Positions 20,398-28,774 of a stretch of DNA of 64,000 nt are shown here, one piece after another. Origin of the DNA: a virus; the IMG/VR virus record IMGVR_UViG_3300020442_000007, positions 1 to 64,000 of that record, one strand, 5' to 3'. The number at the start of each line of letters is the position of its first letter. Within the stretch, counting starts at the first letter, position 1. The translations under genes were made by a program, and so were the position numbers. The notes under the pieces were generated by a model. The model made no database searches. It saw nothing but the letters and a program-made list of their open reading frames with translations, and was not told where the DNA came from.

Positions 20398-20973
20398 ATG
20401 CAAGATATATACGATGTCATAGAAAACGTTAATAATATCTATGATAGTAACTCTGCCTTTGAGGTGCTAAAGGACTTTGAAAGAGTTATAGATGAATTAG
20501 ATATTTACGTGTACGATAATTGGAAAGATGGGGAATTAGTATCTGGGCCAAAAATCACTAGACATTGGGTATCTTGTTCATTTATGTGGCCTTTAAAAAA
20601 GATGCCTGACCCAATGGGAGGCAAGCGATTGCTTGACTACGATTGCAAAGTGCGTATGGGTAAAGATTATATAATTAAACCTAGAAAAATTCGTAAACCT
20701 GATGATATCAGACCTGGAACAAAAAAAGGTAAATTAGATAAGGTAGCAATTTGGCTAGTCCAAATTGACATGCCAAAAAAACTAATCCAGACGATCTATA
20801 GTGGATATGACGAATTAATGGACTTTGAGCAAGAACCAGCTACAGGAGGGCAATCACAAGAACTACAACAAGGCGAAGCTGATCAAGCTGCGGCTGCACC
20901 TGCTGCACCGCCAGCACCAGCACCAGGAGCAGAAGCGCCAGCTGAAACACCACCAGCTGAGGGAGCAGTATAA
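20398..20973 (+). CDS. Hypothetical phage protein with Pro/Ala-rich tail
   Basis: 191-aa ORF after TAAATA box at 20361. Confidence 0.65.
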   Translation: MQDIYDVIENVNNIYDSNSAFEVLKDFERVIDELDIYVYDNWKDGELVSGPKITRHWVSCSFMWPLKKMPDPMGGKRLLDYDCKVRMGKDYIIKPRKIRKPDDIRPGTKKGKLDKVAIWLVQIDMPKKLIQTIYSGYDELMDFEQEPATGGQSQELQQGEADQAAAAPAAPPAPAPGAEAPAETPPAEGAV

Positions 20974-21698
20974 TGGGATTACAAAAATCAGACTTAAAAG
21001 ATATGGTAGATTACATTTTTGAGATCGATTCTTTTAAAAGTAAAATGGGCGAAGACCAAAATATTGTAACTGTAAGTTTTAGTACTAAAACAAATGAAAC
21101 AGCAAAAGATTTAGTAGAATTTTTAGAAAAAGGATATTCATTCATACTAGATGCTGATGCTACATCAGGTGAACAAAAAGACGGTACATATAAAGTTTTT
21201 ATAGAAATGGAAAGAAATGATAGTGTACCAGAACAAATTGTAGAAATATTAGATGGTGTAGGAAAATTATCAGGGCATGATAAATTTAAATTCCGTTACT
21301 ATAAAAACTTCAGATCATATGAAGCTAATATAGATAATCTACAAGAAAATATTCCTTCCGAACCAGACGACTACGGTATTAAAGTACAAAATACTGCAAT
21401 GGAAAGTTATGATAAATTTTTTAACAAAAGTTTTTTAGAATCAATCTATATGCAAGATGATATCGTTACAATCAAAAAAATTCATGGAGATCCTTTACTA
21501 TTTAAATTTATAGATATAGGCGAAAAGGATTATATACTTAATAATATAAATGAAACTATATCTGTAGATGACAATAATTTTGCTGAAATTATATATCTTA
21601 GCAAATATTTAGGCGATTATAATATTACAAAGTTTGGAGACAAACTTACTTTTGAAAACAAAAACAAAGTTCTTGTGTTAACTCGTATTAACACCTAA
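20973..21698 (+). CDS. Hypothetical phage protein
   Basis: 241-aa ORF, TAATG-coupled. Confidence 0.65.
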   Translation: MGLQKSDLKDMVDYIFEIDSFKSKMGEDQNIVTVSFSTKTNETAKDLVEFLEKGYSFILDADATSGEQKDGTYKVFIEMERNDSVPEQIVEILDGVGKLSGHDKFKFRYYKNFRSYEANIDNLQENIPSEPDDYGIKVQNTAMESYDKFFNKSFLESIYMQDDIVTIKKIHGDPLLFKFIDIGEKDYILNNINETISVDDNNFAEIIYLSKYLGDYNITKFGDKLTFENKNKVLVLTRINT

Positions 21699-21713
21699 AA
21701 CAGGAGAAACAAA

Positions 21714-22562
21714 TTGGGTAAAGAACATTTTAAATTCGACTTTGAAGAGTGGATGGCAGAAGAGCTTATCCATAGAGATGACTGGAAAGAATGGTATGAC
21801 AGTATGTGTGAAATACTACCTTTGTGGGGAGTCGATACAATAGAAAGAGTAGCAGGTTTTATTGCACAATGTGGACATGAGTCTGGCGGCTTTCGGGTAT
21901 TAAGCGAAAACTTAAATTATAGCGCCAAAGCATTGAACACAATATTTCCTAAATACTTTAGACGTGCTGGGAGGGACGCTAATGAATATCATAGACAACC
22001 TGAAAAAATTGCGAACGTTATTTACGCAAATAGAATGGACAACGGCGATGCATCATCCGGTGACGGGTGGACATTCAGAGGCGGCGGCATTCTTCAGCTT
22101 ACCGGCAGATACAACTATACACAATTCGGTAAAGCAGTCGAAAAAACAGCGGAAGAAGCAGTCGAATACGTCAGGACGAAAAAAGGTGCGTTAGATAGTG
22201 CATGTTGGTTTTGGGACGAAAATAATATAAATGATTACTGTGACCGCCAAGATATTGTTGGTATGACCAAGCGTATTAACGGTGGCACAATAGGTTTAGA
22301 AGATCGTAAAAAACATTACATACATGCATTAGATGTATTAGGTGGCGATTACGAAGAACCTGAAGTAGATTATAAACAAACAATAAAACAGGGATCAAGA
22401 GGACCATTAGTTGCAGAAGTACAAGAAAAACTTGACATTGATCCAGCTGATGGAATTTTTGGACCTGGAACAGCTAGAATTGTAAAAGAATGGCAACTCA
22501 AAAATGGCTTAACAGCTGACGGTATCGTTGGTCCTAAGACATTGGGAAAGTTGCTAGGGTAG
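21714..22562 (+). CDS. Endolysin: GH19 chitinase/lysozyme-like domain plus peptidoglycan-binding domain
   Basis: FIAQCGHESGG, FRGGGILQLTGRYNY, TKRINGG; C-terminal DGIFGPGT...DGIVGPKT. Confidence 0.9.
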   Translation: MGKEHFKFDFEEWMAEELIHRDDWKEWYDSMCEILPLWGVDTIERVAGFIAQCGHESGGFRVLSENLNYSAKALNTIFPKYFRRAGRDANEYHRQPEKIANVIYANRMDNGDASSGDGWTFRGGGILQLTGRYNYTQFGKAVEKTAEEAVEYVRTKKGALDSACWFWDENNINDYCDRQDIVGMTKRINGGTIGLEDRKKHYIHALDVLGGDYEEPEVDYKQTIKQGSRGPLVAEVQEKLDIDPADGIFGPGTARIVKEWQLKNGLTADGIVGPKTLGKLLG

Positions 22563-22570
22563 GTAGTACG

Positions 22571-23035
22571 GTGGGATTAAAACTTGCAGGTATAATGTTA
22601 GTTGCCATGCTTGCCATGGGCGGCGTTGGATATTGGTATTATAATGATACCCAAGAAAAAATTGCTACACTTCATGAAAACAATGCAAAGTTAGAGTCCG
22701 CAGTAGCTATAAGTGAAGAAACGATTTCGACTTTGAGAGCAGACTATGCCAAAGCAAATGAAGAGTTGCAAAAAGTAAATCAAGAATTTGCAAACATAAG
22801 ATCACAGAATAACGTTTTAAGTAAAAAACTTGCAAAACATGATCTTGCCGTACTAGGTGCTGGCAAGCCTGGATTAGTTACAAAGATAATTAACAATGCT
22901 AGTGACAAAGCAGGAAGATGTTTTGAAATTCTAAGTGGTGCAGAATTAACACAAAAAGAAAAGGAAGCAAAAAATGGTAAAGCATTCAATAGTGAGTGTC
23001 CTTGGCTGTGGCCTGGCAATACTGTTGCTGAGTAG
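22571..23035 (+). CDS. Inner-membrane spanin (Rz-like)
   Basis: N-terminal TM helix plus coiled coil, follows endolysin, overlaps a lipoprotein gene. Confidence 0.7.
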   Translation: MGLKLAGIMLVAMLAMGGVGYWYYNDTQEKIATLHENNAKLESAVAISEETISTLRADYAKANEELQKVNQEFANIRSQNNVLSKKLAKHDLAVLGAGKPGLVTKIINNASDKAGRCFEILSGAELTQKEKEAKNGKAFNSECPWLWPGNTVAE

Positions 23036-23447
23036 TTGTTCTACTCCAGTACAGAAAATTGAAGTTACAGCAAAACCAATACAAAAGCCTGAACTTATCT
23101 TACCAGCTGTTGATAAACTTGAAATGAAAGACGTCGATTGGGTAATTATCACTGAAGAAAATTATGAAGAAGTTTTTAAACAATTAAAGAAAAACGGAAG
23201 ACCACTTGCAGTCTTTGGTTTGACTGATAAAGGTTATGCACATTTAGGAGAAAATTTAAGTGCTATTAGAGCACTTGTACAACAACAAAAAACAATTATT
23301 GCAGCCTATGAAGCGTATTATTTAAATGCTGAAAAGGCATTAGAAAATGCTAATAAACAGGTTGAAGCAGTAAATGATGAAGTAAAAGAGTTAAATAGTA
23401 AGCAACCAAAGGAATCAACTTTGCAAAAACTTAACCCTTTTAAATAG
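22974..23447 (+). CDS. Outer-membrane spanin lipoprotein (Rz1-like)
   Basis: Signal peptide with lipobox LLLSSC; Pro-containing segment; overlaps the i-spanin 3' end. Confidence 0.7.
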   Translation: MVKHSIVSVLGCGLAILLLSSCSTPVQKIEVTAKPIQKPELILPAVDKLEMKDVDWVIITEENYEEVFKQLKKNGRPLAVFGLTDKGYAHLGENLSAIRALVQQQKTIIAAYEAYYLNAEKALENANKQVEAVNDEVKELNSKQPKESTLQKLNPFK

Positions 23448-23455
23448 GAAAAATT

Positions 23456-23731
23456 ATGTGGGAAATGATCGAAAGAATGGCAAGCGATAGATTGTGGATT
23501 TATACAGGTATTGCAGGATCATTATTCGGTGCAGCATTTTTAATGTGGTTCAAAGACACTCGAATGGGGTTGTGGGCTTATGCAAAATTTGATTCTACAT
23601 TAGACTATCTAGTAAATCGTTGGGGGTGGACATGGTTGCAAGAACCTGAAGATATTTGGCGTAAGAGATATCCTCGTATAACAAAAAAAATAGACGAGTT
23701 AGAAGCTCGCATAAAAAAATTGGAGAAATAA
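23456..23731 (+). CDS. Small membrane protein (holin/antiholin candidate)
   Basis: One TM helix, charged C-terminus, inside lysis cassette. Confidence 0.45.
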   Translation: MWEMIERMASDRLWIYTGIAGSLFGAAFLMWFKDTRMGLWAYAKFDSTLDYLVNRWGWTWLQEPEDIWRKRYPRITKKIDELEARIKKLEK

Positions 23732-23735
23732 TATT

Positions 23736-24110
23736 ATGCCTAGAATGAAACCAGAAGATTTAGAATCAAAAAAAGTTTCTAAACCTGCACCAAAACCAGA
23801 TGCAGAAGTAGTAGTTCCTGCAAGTAGCAGTGGAGCAACTAAAAAAGTAAAATTAGATTTAGAAGTCGACACCAGTGTAAAAGATTTAGGACCAAATCCG
23901 TTTGCTAAAGTAATACATATGGCAAGGGCAGTTGATGCTTGGAGAATTTTTCCAAGAATTTTTATTACAACGTATATAATTTTATTGTATAAATGTGTAA
24001 TATGGTATATGAACCTACCTAATCCAACTATGGAGCAATCAGGACTCATTTCAATTGTAGTAGGTGCTGGTGCTGCATGGTTCGGCCTATATACCAACTC
24101 TCGTAAATAG
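23736..24110 (+). CDS. Two-TM membrane protein (holin candidate)
   Basis: WRIFPRIFI...W...GLISIVVGAGAAWFGLY; two hydrophobic helices. Confidence 0.5.
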   Translation: MPRMKPEDLESKKVSKPAPKPDAEVVVPASSSGATKKVKLDLEVDTSVKDLGPNPFAKVIHMARAVDAWRIFPRIFITTYIILLYKCVIWYMNLPNPTMEQSGLISIVVGAGAAWFGLYTNSRK

Positions 24111-24136
24111 CATAGTCAGTTATAATAAGTACTAGT

Positions 24137-24997
24137 ATGGACTACTATGAAATACTAGGCGTATCTAAATCTGCATCTGACAAAGAACTTAAATCAGCTT
24201 ATAAGAAAAAAAGCATGCAACACCACCCTGACCGTACAGGAGGAAGTGATGAAAAGTTTAAAGAAGTCAACGAAGCTTATCAAGTTTTAAGTAATCCAGA
24301 AAAAAGGCAGATGTATGATCAATTTGGAACAGCTGATCCACAACAAGCTGGTCCAAGAGGTTTCCAAGATTTCCATTTTACAGCAGACGGTTTCCAGGGC
24401 GGTATAGATATCAATGATTTAATGAGACAATTTGGAATGGGAGGAATGCCTTTTGGACATCGACCACCTATCAAAAATGAAGATATAACAGTTATTATAA
24501 ATTTAAATTTAGATGAGATTTACACAGGCAAAACAATTAGGTTATCATACGAGCTACAAAAAGGCGGCGTACAAACACACGAAATCACTATTCCCCCTGG
24601 TGTGCATGATGTAATAAAATTTAGGGGTTTAGGAAATAATGGTATCGACGGTGTTCCACGTGGAGATTTATTTGCGAAAATTAGGATACACGATAGTAAT
24701 AATTGGAAAAGAAATGGATTAGATTTACATACAATAGTGCCTGTCAATGTTTTTGATTTAATTTTAGGTACCGAAATAAATGTAACTACTCCAGAAGGCA
24801 AAAATTTATCGGTAAAAGTTCCAAAAGGAAGCCAACCATCTGTAGTTTTTAGTATTCATGGATATGGCATACCAGATTTGCGTACAGGACAAAAAGGTAT
24901 TGTTTTTGTAAAATTGAAAACTACTGTGCCTCAGATCAACAATCAAGAAATTTTAGATCGAATAACTACAATAAAGAAAGACTTGACAAACAACTAA
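24137..24997 (+). CDS. dnaJ: DnaJ/CbpA-type co-chaperone (no zinc finger)
   Basis: DYYEILGV, HPD motif, G/F region, C-terminal DnaJ domain. Confidence 0.92.
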   Translation: MDYYEILGVSKSASDKELKSAYKKKSMQHHPDRTGGSDEKFKEVNEAYQVLSNPEKRQMYDQFGTADPQQAGPRGFQDFHFTADGFQGGIDINDLMRQFGMGGMPFGHRPPIKNEDITVIINLNLDEIYTGKTIRLSYELQKGGVQTHEITIPPGVHDVIKFRGLGNNGIDGVPRGDLFAKIRIHDSNNWKRNGLDLHTIVPVNVFDLILGTEINVTTPEGKNLSVKVPKGSQPSVVFSIHGYGIPDLRTGQKGIVFVKLKTTVPQINNQEILDRITTIKKDLTNN

Positions 24998-25011
24998 GTT
25001 AAATATATAAT
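24983..25011 (+). promoter_or_regulatory. Sigma70-type promoter
   Basis: TTGACA-17-TATAAT before clpA. Confidence 0.85.
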
Positions 25012-25053
25012 GTACTACATAAGACTTTTCACAGATAAGGATAAATTAAAAGA

Positions 25054-27291
25054 ATGGTAGAACCTAACGAAGAATTACAATTGGTTTTTGACAAAGCGAT
25101 TAAAGACGCTAAAAAGCTAAATCATGAATATGTAACACTAGAACATTTATTGTTTTCAATGCTTTGTTCTGAAAATTTTTACAATCTTCTAAAAGGATAT
25201 GGTTGTTTAATTGACGAGATGAAAACTAATTTGGAACATTACCTTAAGACTGGTTTGACTGAAATTACTTTAGAAAAAGGTTCGAAATATAAACCTAAAA
25301 AAACACAAACAGTAGAACGTGTTTTAAACAGGGCATTCACACAAGTTTTATTTGCAGGACGTCCACATATTACATTAGGAGATGTGTTATTAAGTATTCT
25401 TTCTGAAAAGAAATCACATGCGGCATTTTTCCTTGATCAAAGCGGAGTTGACAAGGATAAATTTGCAGAATATGTAACAGCAGAATTAGGACAAGATGAT
25501 GCTGAAAGTGCTAGTGCAAGTCAAAGAGCATTAAATGCATTTACAACAAATTTAAATGAGGAAGTGACTAGGAATAAAATCGACCCAGTGATAGGAAGAA
25601 TTGATGAACTTGAATCTATTTCTCTTGCATTAGGTAGACGAACAAAAAATAATGTTTTATTAGTAGGCGATCCTGGAGTAGGAAAAACAGCTATTGCTGA
25701 AGGTCTTGCATGGAATATTGTTAATAAAGCAGTTCCGGAATTCCTTAAGGAATATAATGTTTATATGTTAGATATTGGAGCCATGTTGGCTGGTTCAAAA
25801 TACAGAGGTGATTTCGAAGAAAGGTTCAAACTTGTTTTATCTGGGTTACGACGCAAAGGTAAAACAATTATGTTTATTGATGAAGCACACATGGTAAGTG
25901 GAGCAGGCACGGCAGGAGCAGGCGGTTCTAACGACTTAGCTAATATGCTGAAACCAGCCTTATCTAAAGGCACAATTAAAGTTGTTGCTTCTACCACATG
26001 GGAAGAATACCGTAAACACTTTGAAAGTGATCGTGCTTTGATGCGTAGATTTCAGCGTGTAGCAGTTGACGAACCAACTTCTTCAGTCACAAAAGATATT
26101 TTACAAGGGATTAAAAAATACTACGAGGATTATCACGGTACAGAAATTAGAGAAGACGCAATTGATGAAGCAATCAAATTGAGTGTTAAATATCAACCAG
26201 ATAAAAAATTACCAGACAAAGCAATTGACTTGATTGATCTTGCTTGTTCAAGATTCAATTTGAGCATGCCAGATAAAAAAGTAGTTACTGCAAGCCAAAT
26301 TCAATTTGAACTTTCAAAAGTTGTTAAAATTCCCGCAGAACAGGTGGCAGAAAGAGAAACAGAAAATTTAGTTAATTTAGAAAATAACATTAAAAAAGAA
26401 GTTTATGGACAGGATGAAGCTATTGTATCAATTGTTGACAAAATATTAATTGCTCAAGCTGGATTAAAAGCAGACGATAAACCAGTAGGTAGTTTTGTAT
26501 TTATGGGTCCTACTGGTACAGGTAAAACAGAAACCGCAAAACAACTAGCAAAACATCTTGGAGTAAATTTAGTAAGATTTGATATGAGTGAATATCAAGA
26601 AAGGCATAGTGTTGCTAAATTAATCGGTTCACCTCCTGGATATGTTGGTCATGAAGAAAAAGGCGGATTATTGATTGAAAAATTACAGGAAAATCCTAAC
26701 TGTGTATTACTTTTAGATGAAATTGAAAAAGCACATCCAGACGTATCCCAGCTATTATTACAAGTTATGGACAACGGAAAAATTACAGGTTCAAATGGTA
26801 AAGAAGCAGATGCAAGAAACTGTATATTAATTCTAACTACTAATTTAGGTTCTAAAGATGCCGAGAAAAACAATTTAGGTTTTGGTAGTGACTTAGAGAG
26901 AGTTTATGAAGATGCAGACTTGAAAAAATACTTTGCTCCTGAATTTAGGAACAGGCTTGATGCGACAATTACATTTGCTAAATTATCAAAAGAAACAATG
27001 ATGAAAATTGTAGGTAAGTTTCTATTAGCATTAAAAGATATGGTCAAAGATAAAAACATTAAAATTACTATTGCAGATGAAGCATTAGATTATCTAGTAG
27101 ACAAAGGATTTGACTCCAAGTTAGGTGCACGGCCTTTACAAAGAGTAATTGATCAAGATATAAAAAGACCACTTTCAAAAGAGTTACTTTTTGGCAATTT
27201 GAAAAACGGAGGTACTGTTCATATAGATGTAAAAGAGAATGAATTGGTATTTAAATCCAAGCCAGTGAAAAAGAAAGTAAGTACCCTTTGA
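25054..27291 (+). CDS. clpA: ClpA-like Hsp100 AAA+ chaperone
   Basis: Clp N domain, GDPGVGKT, GPTGTGKT, FDMSEY, GARPL; no ClpB middle coil; LGF loop. Confidence 0.92.
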   Translation: MVEPNEELQLVFDKAIKDAKKLNHEYVTLEHLLFSMLCSENFYNLLKGYGCLIDEMKTNLEHYLKTGLTEITLEKGSKYKPKKTQTVERVLNRAFTQVLFAGRPHITLGDVLLSILSEKKSHAAFFLDQSGVDKDKFAEYVTAELGQDDAESASASQRALNAFTTNLNEEVTRNKIDPVIGRIDELESISLALGRRTKNNVLLVGDPGVGKTAIAEGLAWNIVNKAVPEFLKEYNVYMLDIGAMLAGSKYRGDFEERFKLVLSGLRRKGKTIMFIDEAHMVSGAGTAGAGGSNDLANMLKPALSKGTIKVVASTTWEEYRKHFESDRALMRRFQRVAVDEPTSSVTKDILQGIKKYYEDYHGTEIREDAIDEAIKLSVKYQPDKKLPDKAIDLIDLACSRFNLSMPDKKVVTASQIQFELSKVVKIPAEQVAERETENLVNLENNIKKEVYGQDEAIVSIVDKILIAQAGLKADDKPVGSFVFMGPTGTGKTETAKQLAKHLGVNLVRFDMSEYQERHSVAKLIGSPPGYVGHEEKGGLLIEKLQENPNCVLLLDEIEKAHPDVSQLLLQVMDNGKITGSNGKEADARNCILILTTNLGSKDAEKNNLGFGSDLERVYEDADLKKYFAPEFRNRLDATITFAKLSKETMMKIVGKFLLALKDMVKDKNIKITIADEALDYLVDKGFDSKLGARPLQRVIDQDIKRPLSKELLFGNLKNGGTVHIDVKENELVFKSKPVKKKVSTL

Positions 27292-27292
27292 T

Positions 27293-27727
27293 ATGAAATA
27301 TTTTATCACTGGCACACGTCGAGGTCTTGGTGCAAAATTAGTAAATAAGTATGGAAACTGCGGATCACTTGAAGACTGTGACATTTTTATTAACTGTAAA
27401 CACGATGGATTTAAACAAGTAGAACTTTTGTATGAAGCTGCAAAATTAAACAAAAAAATAATAAACATTGGTTCAAATTCTCCAGATCAAGATAAAAGTA
27501 AACCGCACATATATGCAGTAGAAAAATCAGCTTTAGATAAAGCTAATAGTCAACTTTTTTATCAAGGTGTAGACACTACTGTTGTTAGATTTGGATATTT
27601 TGACAGTCCAAGAGTGAAAAGAGTGCAAGAAAACAAAATGAGTATGGATTATTGTTGTTCAGTTATAAACTGGATTATAGAGCAACCACACAGAGTAAAA
27701 GATATAACCATATGCCCTTCAATTTAG
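27293..27727 (+). CDS. Minimal short-chain dehydrogenase/reductase-like protein
   Basis: ITGTRRGLG Rossmann motif, IINIGS, YAVEK (YxxxK). Confidence 0.65.
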   Translation: MKYFITGTRRGLGAKLVNKYGNCGSLEDCDIFINCKHDGFKQVELLYEAAKLNKKIINIGSNSPDQDKSKPHIYAVEKSALDKANSQLFYQGVDTTVVRFGYFDSPRVKRVQENKMSMDYCCSVINWIIEQPHRVKDITICPSI

Positions 27728-27739
27728 ATAGAACATACT

Positions 27740-28408
27740 ATGACTACAAATTATTTTATAAATCAAAAAGAAACAAAAAAATTATTTTATAATCAATATC
27801 TATACAAAGCAGCATTACACAACCCTTTAGCCACTATATTTAGAGATAAAAACTTTACATACGCAAGACAACAGTTAGATATTCTTCAATTAAAATATGA
27901 AAGTGGCAAAAAACTACAACTTAACCAACATAGGAAAAGTGTTTCAGTAGAACAATTTGTTGCGGCAAAATTTTTGCTTGCCGAATTAGATAATAGAAAT
28001 GATTATCAAATTAGGATAGAATGTCCTAGAATGTCAATTTATTCCAATGATAAAAAATGGTTAAAATACTTAATGAGCAAGCCATTAAAGTTTTTTGAAT
28101 TCTATTCCCCTGATCAAAAACACATACATTTATTGCAAAAAAATACTATTCTTGTAAATGATGTTAATTTTAAGTACAAATATAAGGTCACTTTAAACAA
28201 CAAAGTAGATCCCAATTTCTACAATTGGCTTGTCAATAATCCTACTAAAGTTAAAGTTGGCGATACTTGTTTAGAAGGTATAAAAAAAGGGCAATATGTG
28301 CGTGGATTTTACTTGTATATAACAGATGAAAAAATTTTAACTTTAGTAAATTTAATGATAGGTTCGCAAATAGCCCGTATTGACAATATAGTATACAAAA
28401 GCAGTTAA
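27740..28408 (+). CDS. Hypothetical phage protein
   Basis: 222-aa ORF. Confidence 0.6.
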   Translation: MTTNYFINQKETKKLFYNQYLYKAALHNPLATIFRDKNFTYARQQLDILQLKYESGKKLQLNQHRKSVSVEQFVAAKFLLAELDNRNDYQIRIECPRMSIYSNDKKWLKYLMSKPLKFFEFYSPDQKHIHLLQKNTILVNDVNFKYKYKVTLNNKVDPNFYNWLVNNPTKVKVGDTCLEGIKKGQYVRGFYLYITDEKILTLVNLMIGSQIARIDNIVYKSS

Positions 28409-28422
28409 GGATAAATAATAGT

Positions 28423-28764
28423 ATGCCGAGTTATAGCGAAATAATACTATCAAATCAAGTTCATCCTGGAGACAGTACAAGTGAAACTGTTACTGGAACC
28501 AAGTTTAAAGGCGATGGATACTATGGTAGAGCAGATGGATTTCATACTGTTCAGTACAACGTATCTGGGTTCAGTGGAAATATAAAGATGCAAGGAACAC
28601 TTGCAACTAATCCTACTGACTCTGATTATTTCGATATTGCAGGCACAGAAAGCACAGGCTCTAATGGCTCATTTTTTAAAAATTTTACAGGAAATTATGT
28701 ATGGGTCAGAGCTGTAGTAACATATACAGATGGAACAGTACAAAGTATACTTTTAAATCATTAA
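28423..28764 (+). CDS. Hypothetical beta-rich (probably virion) protein
   Basis: Follows TAAATA box; KGDGYYG...FTGNYVWVRA. Confidence 0.6.
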   Translation: MPSYSEIILSNQVHPGDSTSETVTGTKFKGDGYYGRADGFHTVQYNVSGFSGNIKMQGTLATNPTDSDYFDIAGTESTGSNGSFFKNFTGNYVWVRAVVTYTDGTVQSILLNH

Positions 28765-28774
28765 GGACGGAACT

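Noticed and set aside
28380-28410. TTGACA at 28380 as a sigma70 promoter
   Set aside because: No acceptable -10 hexamer at 16-18 bp spacing; the TAAATA box at 28412 explains the downstream gene.
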